From positions 1 to 54,831 of IMG/VR virus record IMGVR_UViG_3300043394_000753: a DNA stretch of 54,831 nt; one strand, written 5' to 3'. Position 1 is the stretch's first letter. Each line of letters starts with the position of its first letter. Position numbers and translations under genes: made by a program. The notes beneath the pieces are model-generated. The model worked only from the letters and a program-made list of their open reading frames with translations, had not been told where the DNA came from and ran no database searches. The DNA comes from a virus (taxonomy: Duplodnaviria; Caudoviricetes). Below are positions 30,146 to 37,958 of this stretch, piece after piece.

Positions 30146-30774
30146 AATAATTGGCCTGTTGAAGTTAGCAAATGTGATATAAAGCTAGGACGATGCGCTT
30201 CATTTGCTCCAATTTCCTTTATTGCTTTAATGTGTTGGGCAGTACCATATCCTTTGTTTGAATTCCACCCATATCCTGGGGTTTTAATATCTAATTCTTT
30301 CATAATTGCATCTCTTTCAGTTTTTGCCAAAATACTTGCAGCCGCAATAGATACATATTTATTATCTCCTCCGATAATAGTTTCAAATGGTACTCCATCG
30401 AATCCATGAAATTGATCGCCATCGATTAATATAAAATCAAAGTTATGCGTTTTTCTAACTTCAATTAAACATTGATTCATTCCCTGTAAGGTTGCTCTTA
30501 AAATGTTTGTTGATTCAATTTGCTCTGGATAGATATGAACGATGCTATATGCAATTGCATTATCTAGTACGATTTGTCTAGCATCCTTACGTTGTTGTTC
30601 ATTTAAAAGTTTAGAATCTTTGATAAGAGGGTGTTCAAATCCAAATGGCATAATACATGCCGATACTGTAACCGGTCCTGCCAGCGCTCCTCTACCTGCT
30701 TCATCAACTCCAATTTCCATTGTTTGTTCAGAACCGGTAAAGCTTGATTTTAGTAATATTTGTCTAGTTTCCAT
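30142..30774 (-). CDS. rnhB: ribonuclease HII
   Basis: GVDEAGRGALAGPV, DSKLL, IDG, SIAAASILAK, NKGYGT and HR.SF motifs. Confidence 0.95.
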   Translation of the reverse strand: METRQILLKSSFTGSEQTMEIGVDEAGRGALAGPVTVSACIMPFGFEHPLIKDSKLLNEQQRKDARQIVLDNAIAYSIVHIYPEQIESTNILRATLQGMNQCLIEVRKTHNFDFILIDGDQFHGFDGVPFETIIGGDNKYVSIAAASILAKTERDAIMKELDIKTPGYGWNSNKGYGTAQHIKAIKEIGANEAHRPSFISHLLTSTGQLF

Positions 30775-30792
30775 CTATATATTTTTATACAT

Positions 30793-30819
30793 ATTATATA
30801 GATGGATTCCAGAATGTTT
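30793..30819 (-). promoter_or_regulatory. AAAC-N17-TATAAT promoter-like motif upstream of rnhB
   Basis: Minus strand AAAC-ATTCTGGAATCCATCTA-TATAAT. Confidence 0.65.
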
Positions 30820-30856
30820 CATTACATATTATTGAGATATTACAGTGTGTATTAAG

Positions 30857-31114
30857 TTAGTCACCTGCCATTACAACAAGTTCCCTTAATTTTTTAAGCG
30901 TTTCACACTTTTCATATTCTTCTAATTCTACAAAATATTCTATAAGAAGATCTATAAATCCACTTCTTTGTCCAATTCCATGTGGAATGTCTATTGTGTT
31001 TTTATTGTCTTGATATACTAAAAATCGATTAACGGTTTTTGTAAAATTTCGTGTTATTATGTAATAGCTGGACCTCATCAAAGAGTCTCTTTCCTCTTTA
31101 GTAATTTCTTCCAT
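30857..31114 (-). CDS. small protein with C-terminal UVR-like motif
   Basis: YFVELEEYEKCETLKKL. Confidence 0.7.
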   Translation of the reverse strand: MEEITKEERDSLMRSSYYIITRNFTKTVNRFLVYQDNKNTIDIPHGIGQRSGFIDLLIEYFVELEEYEKCETLKKLRELVVMAGD

Positions 31115-31208
31115 CTGTGTTGTGGTATTTTTATTATTCTAATTTTACTTAGAATTATATTATATATTTAGGTGCATGCACCCATATATACACTAGATGA
31201 AAAAGGTT

Positions 31209-31235
31209 AGTATATTATAAATCCTTTGATTGTTT
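31209..31235 (-). promoter_or_regulatory. AAAC-N17-TATACT promoter-like motif
   Basis: Same 17-nt spacing; overlaps the 3' end of the bS21 gene. Confidence 0.55.
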
Positions 31236-31394
31236 ATACCTAGCCTTGGCAATTATTTTTCGCATGGTAATGGAAGGTTTTTTATACTCTTTTTTATTTC
31301 TGAGTTCCTGTAATTGTTTGGTTGCAATTACCTTTTGCTTTAATTTTTTTAAAGCCTTTTCTATATTATTGCTTTCTATGTGTATAATTAACAT
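31215..31394 (-). CDS. rpsU: phage-encoded 30S ribosomal protein bS21 (59 aa, absent from ORF track)
   Basis: Manual translation: MLIIHIESNNIEKALKKLKQKVIATKQLQELRNKKEYKKPSITMRKIIAKARYKQSKDL. Carries the bS21 IE.ALK..K.K and Y.KPS..R motifs; the MLII start and KA.Y tail are Bacteroidota-like. Confidence 0.88.
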   Translation of the reverse strand: MLIIHIESNNIEKALKKLKQKVIATKQLQELRNKKEYKKPSITMRKIIAKARYKQSKDL

Positions 31395-31639
31395 GATAGT
31401 TTATCAATTATTTTTTTAAGCTCACTGCATTTTTCATACTCTTCACGTTCTTTAAAAAAGTCTAATACAGTTTGAACCCCTTCGATTTTGTCAGAAGAAG
31501 GTGCGTCATGTTTAAGTGCTCCCATTTTATGTTCAACTATGGATTTATATATAAGTTCCATCATGTCTTCCTTTGAGGACTGGTGTAGTTTTTGTATAAA
31601 TCGAGTTTCTTGGCCGTTGTATTCTTCTAAATCATCCAT
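31388..31639 (-). CDS. small protein with C-terminal UVR-like motif
   Basis: FFKEREEYEKCSELKKIID. Confidence 0.7.
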   Translation of the reverse strand: MDDLEEYNGQETRFIQKLHQSSKEDMMELIYKSIVEHKMGALKHDAPSSDKIEGVQTVLDFFKEREEYEKCSELKKIIDKLSC

Positions 31640-32426
31640 TGGAATCTTTAATCTTTTTTAGTAATTCAATTTGGGATTCTGTTAGATTAATAGGTAAAGT
31701 TCTAAGTTTTACCATTAAGTTACCATACCCATTTGCATTATATATTGGCATTCCTTTGCCTACGACTCTAAGCATTTTTGAATCATGCGAACCTAGAGGA
31801 ACCTTTATTTTAACAGTATGTACTTTAGTTTTGACTTCAAATTCTCCACCTAGTAACATATCTATCCAATCTAATTGGAGATCTACATAGATATCTGAAC
31901 CATTTACTATAAGGTCAATATCTTGCATAACATTTACTGTTAATATTATATCTCCTGGCCTTGCTCCTTTGTTAATTGGATGATGTTGGCCTTTTTCTTT
32001 GATTTTAAGTTTCGTGCCATTCGGAATTCCCTTAGGTATATTAATATTAAATCCACCAGTTCCGACATCGATGTATCTTCTCGTTCCTTCATAACTTTCT
32101 TCTATTGTTATATTTATAGATACTCTAACATCGAATCCCCTAACCTCGTCACCAAATGATTGGTCAAACGCGCCAGCAAAATCATATCTATTAAATATGT
32201 CTTGCCATGCATCGTTAATATTAAAGGACCTACCATTGATAGAGTCATGTTTTTTTCTACGATCAGGGTCTCCTAAAATTTCGTAAGCTTCTGAGATTTG
32301 TTTAAATTTAGTATCGTCTCCTCCTGTTTTGTCAGGGTGGTGTTCCTTTACTAATTTTCTATATGATTTTTTAATCTCGTCATGTGAAGCATCTTTAGAA
32401 ACGTTTAATGTTTCATAATAATTCAT
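31632..32426 (-). CDS. dnaJ: DnaJ-class co-chaperone (J domain plus C-terminal domain, no zinc finger; CbpA-like)
   Basis: YYETLNV...IKKSYRKLVKEHHPDK...AYEIL.D J domain; DnaJ_C motifs GDIILTV, GKGMP and GNLMV. Confidence 0.9.
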   Translation of the reverse strand: MNYYETLNVSKDASHDEIKKSYRKLVKEHHPDKTGGDDTKFKQISEAYEILGDPDRRKKHDSINGRSFNINDAWQDIFNRYDFAGAFDQSFGDEVRGFDVRVSINITIEESYEGTRRYIDVGTGGFNINIPKGIPNGTKLKIKEKGQHHPINKGARPGDIILTVNVMQDIDLIVNGSDIYVDLQLDWIDMLLGGEFEVKTKVHTVKIKVPLGSHDSKMLRVVGKGMPIYNANGYGNLMVKLRTLPINLTESQIELLKKIKDSNG

Positions 32427-32431
32427 AAAGA

Positions 32432-32638
32432 TTATTTTGAAGTTCTAACCTTAATTGTTTGTTTTCTTTCTGGCAATGGTGCAGATTTTGCTTGCTTCTT
32501 ATTATCTGCTTTTTTCTCGGCAACAAGCATAGCCTGTCCCTTTCGATATGTAGCAATTTCTCTTAATTGCTGATTTTCCATACAAATCGCAATTCTTTCA
32601 AGAGATGATGCAATTTTATTTAATACTGATTCTTCCAT
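32432..32638 (-). CDS. hypothetical protein
   Basis: 68 aa; IASSLERIA helix and basic tail. Confidence 0.6.
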   Translation of the reverse strand: MEESVLNKIASSLERIAICMENQQLREIATYRKGQAMLVAEKKADNKKQAKSAPLPERKQTIKVRTSK

Positions 32639-32655
32639 ATTATTATATTAATATA

Positions 32656-32940
32656 TTATATTTGTTCTAAAATATCTTTGATTCTAGAACATTTTTCGTA
32701 TTCCTCTACTTCAATGAATATTTCTAACATTTGATTTAAAGTTTTTGAAAGAGACTTAATATCAAAACCATTACGCTTCATTGTTTTAATATCTATTCCA
32801 TTTTCCACAATCATGTCATAGTTTTCGTTGGCTAATTTCATTTTTAGCTCGTACATCATCTCTTCCATTAAAGCTTCTCTTTTCATAGTTTCTATCTCGT
32901 CATTTTCTTCAAAAAGGTCATTAAAATTGAATTCGTCCAT
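32656..32940 (-). CDS. small protein with C-terminal UVR-like motif (start reassigned to 32940)
   Basis: IFIEVEEYEKCSRIKDILE; the track's TTG start lies inside the regulatory element. Confidence 0.7.
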   Translation of the reverse strand: MDEFNFNDLFEENDEIETMKREALMEEMMYELKMKLANENYDMIVENGIDIKTMKRNGFDIKSLSKTLNQMLEIFIEVEEYEKCSRIKDILEQI

Positions 32941-32954
32941 GTTGTATGATTTAT

Positions 32955-33032
32955 TTATTATAGTGTAAATATAAACAAAAAAAGCCAAACAAAAAATATT
33001 TGGCAATTTATTTACAAAAAGTTATTAACAAT
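32955..33032 (-). promoter_or_regulatory. conserved ~80-bp element, copy 3
   Basis: TTGTTAATAACTTT...GCCAAA/TTTGGC hairpin-T7-GTTTATATTTACACTATAAT. Confidence 0.75.
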
Positions 33033-33852
33033 TTACATTAATTGCAATCCGGTTAAGAAGATCTATTTCATTTTCAATGTTATTTTTAACTAATGCACTG
33101 TCATAATGATTAGCCAAACCCGCTATTTTATTTTGCTCGCTATTTCTTATTGAATATTGTGTATATTTAGATCTAACATATTCAGCTCCCATAAATTTAT
33201 AGTGTAGTAATTTTATAGGAAAGTTGTTGAATGTTTCTAATATATCATATTGCATTTTCCATCTTCCCCATGGATGTCCATTCCATTCCCCAGTTGGCCT
33301 GATTTCAACGGGAACCGGATGCAATATTTCTCCATCTAGTTCTGAATTTAATTTAATTTCATGACAACCCTCAATCCATTCAAGCTTTTTAATTTTATTT
33401 GGATTAATAAGAATAGGTTTTGAATACCATGGATCTGGAACACCATCTTTAATTTCATCGTATATTTGTCCATCCCCTGTCGGAAAATAATTAGATACCA
33501 TTTGAAAACCTGCTGGAAATATAACGGCTGACTTATTTTCTTTTAAAAATTCTATAATATTTGGATGGTATATAAATTCATCACAATCACTTACTATAAT
33601 ATAATCTGCCTTTCCCTTTGCTTCAGTGATACATCTGTGTTTTAAATCTAAATGTACATAGTCATTAAATGTGTTTGACGTATTATACTCTCTAACATCA
33701 ACGTTTGGATATTCTTTACATATCATTAGAGTGCTGTCTGTTGATTGATTATCTAAGACTATTATTCTTTCACAAAATTTAGAATAGTGTCTTAGATAAT
33801 ACGGGAGCATCTTCTCCTCATTCCAAACAGTAACATATGCCCATATTTTCAT
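33025..33852 (-). CDS. glycosyltransferase, GT-A fold (family 2-like)
   Basis: VWNEEKMLPYYLRHY, LDNQSTDST and DCDEF (DxD) motifs. Confidence 0.85.
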   Translation of the reverse strand: MKIWAYVTVWNEEKMLPYYLRHYSKFCERIIVLDNQSTDSTLMICKEYPNVDVREYNTSNTFNDYVHLDLKHRCITEAKGKADYIIVSDCDEFIYHPNIIEFLKENKSAVIFPAGFQMVSNYFPTGDGQIYDEIKDGVPDPWYSKPILINPNKIKKLEWIEGCHEIKLNSELDGEILHPVPVEIRPTGEWNGHPWGRWKMQYDILETFNNFPIKLLHYKFMGAEYVRSKYTQYSIRNSEQNKIAGLANHYDSALVKNNIENEIDLLNRIAINVNC

Positions 33853-33855
33853 ATG

Positions 33856-34578
33856 CTATAAGATTGGAAGATATGAAAGCCTTAACATAACATTCATTGT
33901 TGATTTTACATCAGCCTCACAATATTCTTTTATTTTTTCAAGATTTCCATTCCAATATTCCTCAGTAGTTTCATTACCTTTCATAAGTGCCTTTGGAGAT
34001 GGAATATTCAATGTATCACAAATTAAATCTAATGATGCACTATTCCAACCTGCAAATTTCCAAACCTCATATGTATCTAATAGACAGTTTTCCCAAGGTT
34101 TTTTATTCTGTAAATGAAATTGAGAAGGAGTTTGAATACCATGCACTAGTGCTCTCTTAATTAAAAAAGGAAAATCAAAGTTTTTAATATTATGCCCAGT
34201 AAATTGAACATTTTGATTTTTATTAAATATTGCCTGTGCAGTTCCCATAAACTCTTTTAGAAATTCTGATTCATCATCTCCATAGAAAGATCTGATTTTT
34301 TCTGTAACTGGATTACCCGTTTCATCAAATTGAATTTGACCAATTGAAACTGTAATAATTTTTGCAAATTCAGGGTGTAGTGCTGCATTTTTTAAATATA
34401 AGTCGGCATCACTTAATTCAGCCAAATCAATTTCAGTTCTTCTGTAATTATCTGCCTTTTTTATCCAGTGAACGACAGCGCCTGGTCTTTGCTCACAAAA
34501 TTCACTATAATATTTAAATTCTGAAACAGTTTCGATGTCAATAAATAACATCGACTTTAAATTTGATACACTATACAT
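33856..34578 (-). CDS. 3'-5' exonuclease, PolB-like DEDDy family (start likely 34578)
   Basis: FIDIETV (ExoI), GHNIKNFDFPF (ExoII) and YCEADV (ExoIII). Confidence 0.85.
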   Translation of the reverse strand: MYSVSNLKSMLFIDIETVSEFKYYSEFCEQRPGAVVHWIKKADNYRRTEIDLAELSDADLYLKNAALHPEFAKIITVSIGQIQFDETGNPVTEKIRSFYGDDESEFLKEFMGTAQAIFNKNQNVQFTGHNIKNFDFPFLIKRALVHGIQTPSQFHLQNKKPWENCLLDTYEVWKFAGWNSASLDLICDTLNIPSPKALMKGNETTEEYWNGNLEKIKEYCEADVKSTMNVMLRLSYLPIL

Positions 34579-34807
34579 CTTTTTCGTTTTTTGAAATGTT
34601 ATAAATTGAGATTGGATATTTACTTGATTTTCTACCTTCTCTTTCGTTAATAAACCAAAAGTATGAATGTCCATGTATTTTTGCTAAAGAATCACATGTA
34701 TCTATAATAGGACCATACATAAGGGATCCTGCAAATCTAAAAAAGTATTTTTCTCCAATCTTTGGATTTTTAACTTTAATCTCTTGAATTTTTTTATCTT
34801 TTGCCAT
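34571..34807 (-). CDS. hypothetical protein
   Basis: 78-aa ORF directly after an AAAC-N17-TATAAT motif. Confidence 0.65.
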   Translation of the reverse strand: MAKDKKIQEIKVKNPKIGEKYFFRFAGSLMYGPIIDTCDSLAKIHGHSYFWFINEREGRKSSKYPISIYNISKNEKDV

Positions 34808-34812
34808 ATAGT

Positions 34813-34839
34813 ATTATATGCAAATTTTAAAAAATGTTT
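34813..34839 (-). promoter_or_regulatory. AAAC-N17-TATAAT promoter-like motif
   Basis: Minus strand AAAC-ATTTTTTAAAATTTGCA-TATAAT. Confidence 0.65.
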
Positions 34840-35059
34840 AAATTTGATTTAAAATGCACGAAGTATCTGTGCTCTGTCTAAGTTTTAAATATCTTTCAAA
34901 TGTGATAGATAATTCTATCCAACCACCTGTAATAGAATCCGGGACATTGAAAATATCAGTGTAATAGTGTGGCGCCTTTTCAATACGGCCTAATAGGAAG
35001 TCAACCATACAGTCAACTTCCATATTATGAACCCATATTTTTACAAACGTATTATTCAT
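34838..35059 (-). CDS. hypothetical protein (start likely 35059; possible paralog of 48298-48495)
   Basis: The MNNTFVKIWVH start overlaps the stop of the upstream glycosyltransferase. Confidence 0.55.
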   Translation of the reverse strand: MNNTFVKIWVHNMEVDCMVDFLLGRIEKAPHYYTDIFNVPDSITGGWIELSITFERYLKLRQSTDTSCILNQI

Positions 35060-36902
35060 TTTCATTATAAACAATATTTGCTGCCATTTCATCTTTGCCA
35101 TATCTTGGCATTGCATCTAATGGAGAATTTGGATTTTCCTCATATGCCCAATCGCTTAATCCAAGTTCTTCAAATCTTTCTTTAATTTTTTCATTGTAAT
35201 ATGCACCAATAGTTCTTACTCTTCTTTGGATATCTGCCCTTGCCAAATCATGGGTATTTTGGCCAGTTGCATTATTATATAAAAACTGAACATATCCTAG
35301 TTTAGGGATTTTACATGTAATCGTTTTTAAGAAAGTTCTTACAATTAATTCATAATCATCTGCAATTGCAAGATTTCTATTATGTCCTCCAATTTCAAAA
35401 TAGGTAGATCTTCTCCATGCTCTAACATGATTTGGAACTCCAACAATATGCCTAATAGTCTTTGGATTAATATTATGTTGAGTTGCAACCTGCATCATTT
35501 TTCCGTTGTACATTTCATCTCTGTATTTTCCATATGCAAATGCAAATCCTTCTGGATATGTCTGACACTCCCAATTTTCATTAACCTCTAATGTATCATT
35601 AAAAAAGAATCCTGCTTCTGGATGTTTTTTTGCTGCTTTATATAAATCTTCAGTACACCATGGAACTAATAAATCATCATGGTCTAATTCAGCAAGAATA
35701 AATCCTTTTGCCATACAACTTGCTCTCCATTTAACTTCTCCAATATTTCCACCGCTCTTCTCTCTAAAGTCATATACCTTAACACGAGGATCTTTTGATG
35801 CAATATCTTCCGCTATCTTTAATGTCTTACCTCCATCGGTAGAATCATTCACGAGCACCCATTCCCAATTAGAATATGTTTGTTGTTTTAATGATTCATA
35901 TGTATTATACAACTTTTCCTTTGTATTATAGATTGGTGTTGTATACGAAATTAAATTTGAATCTTCAATAGAATCATTATCAAGCATAGTATACATTGAA
36001 GATATATATGCTCTTTCACCAACTTCGGTTATTGATGTATCTGGTGGAATGTTTATCCATTTTCTACGAAATTGTAAAGGCATACTTGCCATCTTTGGAA
36101 ATTCTTGCCATGATTCTCCTCTACTAACAATAGCGTCGGGTTTAAATGTAGATAAAATTAAAGATATATTTTCATCATTTTTTAAATATTTTACATTTAA
36201 ATTATCTGCCTCATACCATAAATACTTGATTGATTTTAAATCGGGCTCATCGCTACCAATATATAGAACCTTTGGCACATTTGCAGATGCCTTCTTTTCT
36301 AAATAATTATAATGTGAATATACTGCTGGTGTAAATGTAAATGCATCAGGCATATTTTTAAACACATCACTTATAAGAATTCCATCCGCGCAATAGTCAG
36401 GTTTAAATTGATATCCATGTTTATTATAAACATCAACATGTGATATATATTGAGCAAGGTCTATACCTCCAATTTTTACATTTTGTGCTTCTGCTAATCT
36501 ATAATCTAATCCTGTAAAATCTCTTTTCTCTACGTTTTGAGAAACAACATGCACCATCTTTTCAGGAAAGGCGTTTGACATTTCTAATACATATTCATAG
36601 AACCCGTCATGCACAATATTATCATCATCCACAAAATAAACCCAACCGTCTTTAAATTTTGAAATTATACTAGAGCATTGTGGATATAGCATTCCAACCT
36701 TGTCTCCTTTTTCAAAATAGTATTGGGTAGAATCATCCTTTAGATCTGATAATAATTCAGCGTCAATGTCCTTTAAGGATGCTGTATCGAAAACAACATG
36801 CCATTTAATTTCTATTCCATTCGGAATATTACTAAATACTGATTCTTTAACTGTTCTTAAATTTTGAAGTCTTGTACTTCTTGTAATTATATTGATTATC
36901 AT
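35052..36902 (-). CDS. two-domain GT2 glycosyltransferase
   Basis: N-terminal GT-A domain (YFVDDDN); C-terminal GT2 domain (TPIYNT, QQTYSNWEWVLVNDSTD, ELDHDD, ADDYEL). Confidence 0.88.
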   Translation of the reverse strand: MIINIITRSTRLQNLRTVKESVFSNIPNGIEIKWHVVFDTASLKDIDAELLSDLKDDSTQYYFEKGDKVGMLYPQCSSIISKFKDGWVYFVDDDNIVHDGFYEYVLEMSNAFPEKMVHVVSQNVEKRDFTGLDYRLAEAQNVKIGGIDLAQYISHVDVYNKHGYQFKPDYCADGILISDVFKNMPDAFTFTPAVYSHYNYLEKKASANVPKVLYIGSDEPDLKSIKYLWYEADNLNVKYLKNDENISLILSTFKPDAIVSRGESWQEFPKMASMPLQFRRKWINIPPDTSITEVGERAYISSMYTMLDNDSIEDSNLISYTTPIYNTKEKLYNTYESLKQQTYSNWEWVLVNDSTDGGKTLKIAEDIASKDPRVKVYDFREKSGGNIGEVKWRASCMAKGFILAELDHDDLLVPWCTEDLYKAAKKHPEAGFFFNDTLEVNENWECQTYPEGFAFAYGKYRDEMYNGKMMQVATQHNINPKTIRHIVGVPNHVRAWRRSTYFEIGGHNRNLAIADDYELIVRTFLKTITCKIPKLGYVQFLYNNATGQNTHDLARADIQRRVRTIGAYYNEKIKERFEELGLSDWAYEENPNSPLDAMPRYGKDEMAANIVYNENE

Positions 36903-36918
36903 ATTATATTATTGGTTA

Positions 36919-37851
36919 TTATACGTCAAAGAAAAACATATGAAAAAATCTAGCGTTGTCAATCGCATCTCCAAAATATTGAGTGGCTGCATGAATATTT
37001 TTAGCATCAAACAAGACTAATCTGTTATATACGTTTCCTACCTCGTCTATTTTTTCAAAATGAGTGCCATCATAAAAATTCATTTCGGCATTCTTACCCT
37101 GAAATGCTCTTACGTAATTTACAGTACTTCTTTTTTCATCATCAAATTTATAGTCTCCGGTAACTTTACTTCGGTAGAATGCAGTACCAGTAGATGGTGG
37201 GGCGTTCGGTGTTAGAAATACCATTCCCGCATACGTTTGATTATCGACATGATATACGATAGGTTGATCTGCTGTGCAAAATTGAAATATTCCATTTGCA
37301 TATGAATCATGGTTCCAATTATAAATAGGTTTTCCAATAATCTCCTCAAGCCTTTCTTTCATACCAACTATTGAGAAACGACTAGTTGCTCTTTCTCCTT
37401 TATGATAGTTAGATGGAGAGAATTTAATTTCTCTAATTGCCCATTCTCTAACAAAATCAGGATCGTTATAGAAATTATCTACAACAATAAGACCTTTATC
37501 TTGATTTGCAAAACCAGTATAGTATGCTAGCCATTTTGCAAATGATTCAATTACAATTTCTTTTTCAACAAAATTACCCATGGATATAACAATAGGCTCG
37601 AACAATTCGCTGCCATCAATTGTTATACTAAACCCTATTTGAGTATTTTCAATGTTAGGATAAAATTCCTTTACATCCTTCCTTTCTGAGAATTTATTGA
37701 ATCTTTTTTCGCCTACCTTTATCATAGATATTTTTCCTTTTTCTGAAAAAATCCAACCATTAAATGTATAACTATTTTGATTTTGTTCTAGTGAATCAAC
37801 ATACATTCGTATGTTATCGTGGTTTGTGAAATGTGATATAATGTCTGCCAT
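36919..37851 (-). CDS. 2OG-Fe(II) oxygenase-family protein (DUF6445-like) with an extra N-terminal domain
   Basis: IVVDNFYNDPD.VR, HVD, GTAFY, NRLVLFD, H and R motifs. Confidence 0.8.
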   Translation of the reverse strand: MADIISHFTNHDNIRMYVDSLEQNQNSYTFNGWIFSEKGKISMIKVGEKRFNKFSERKDVKEFYPNIENTQIGFSITIDGSELFEPIVISMGNFVEKEIVIESFAKWLAYYTGFANQDKGLIVVDNFYNDPDFVREWAIREIKFSPSNYHKGERATSRFSIVGMKERLEEIIGKPIYNWNHDSYANGIFQFCTADQPIVYHVDNQTYAGMVFLTPNAPPSTGTAFYRSKVTGDYKFDDEKRSTVNYVRAFQGKNAEMNFYDGTHFEKIDEVGNVYNRLVLFDAKNIHAATQYFGDAIDNARFFHMFFFDV

Positions 37852-37911
37852 GTTTATTATATAATTAAGGGTATATTAGTTTATTATTATATTATATGAT
37901 TATATATCATT

Positions 37912-37938
37912 AAAAAAGGGGACTGATTAGGTCCCCTT
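37912..37938 (-). terminator. intrinsic terminator after the collagen fibre gene
   Basis: GGGGAC-CTAATCA-GTCCCC-TTTTTT on the minus strand. Confidence 0.8.
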
Positions 37939-37958
37939 AGTTTTAATATGAAATTAGA

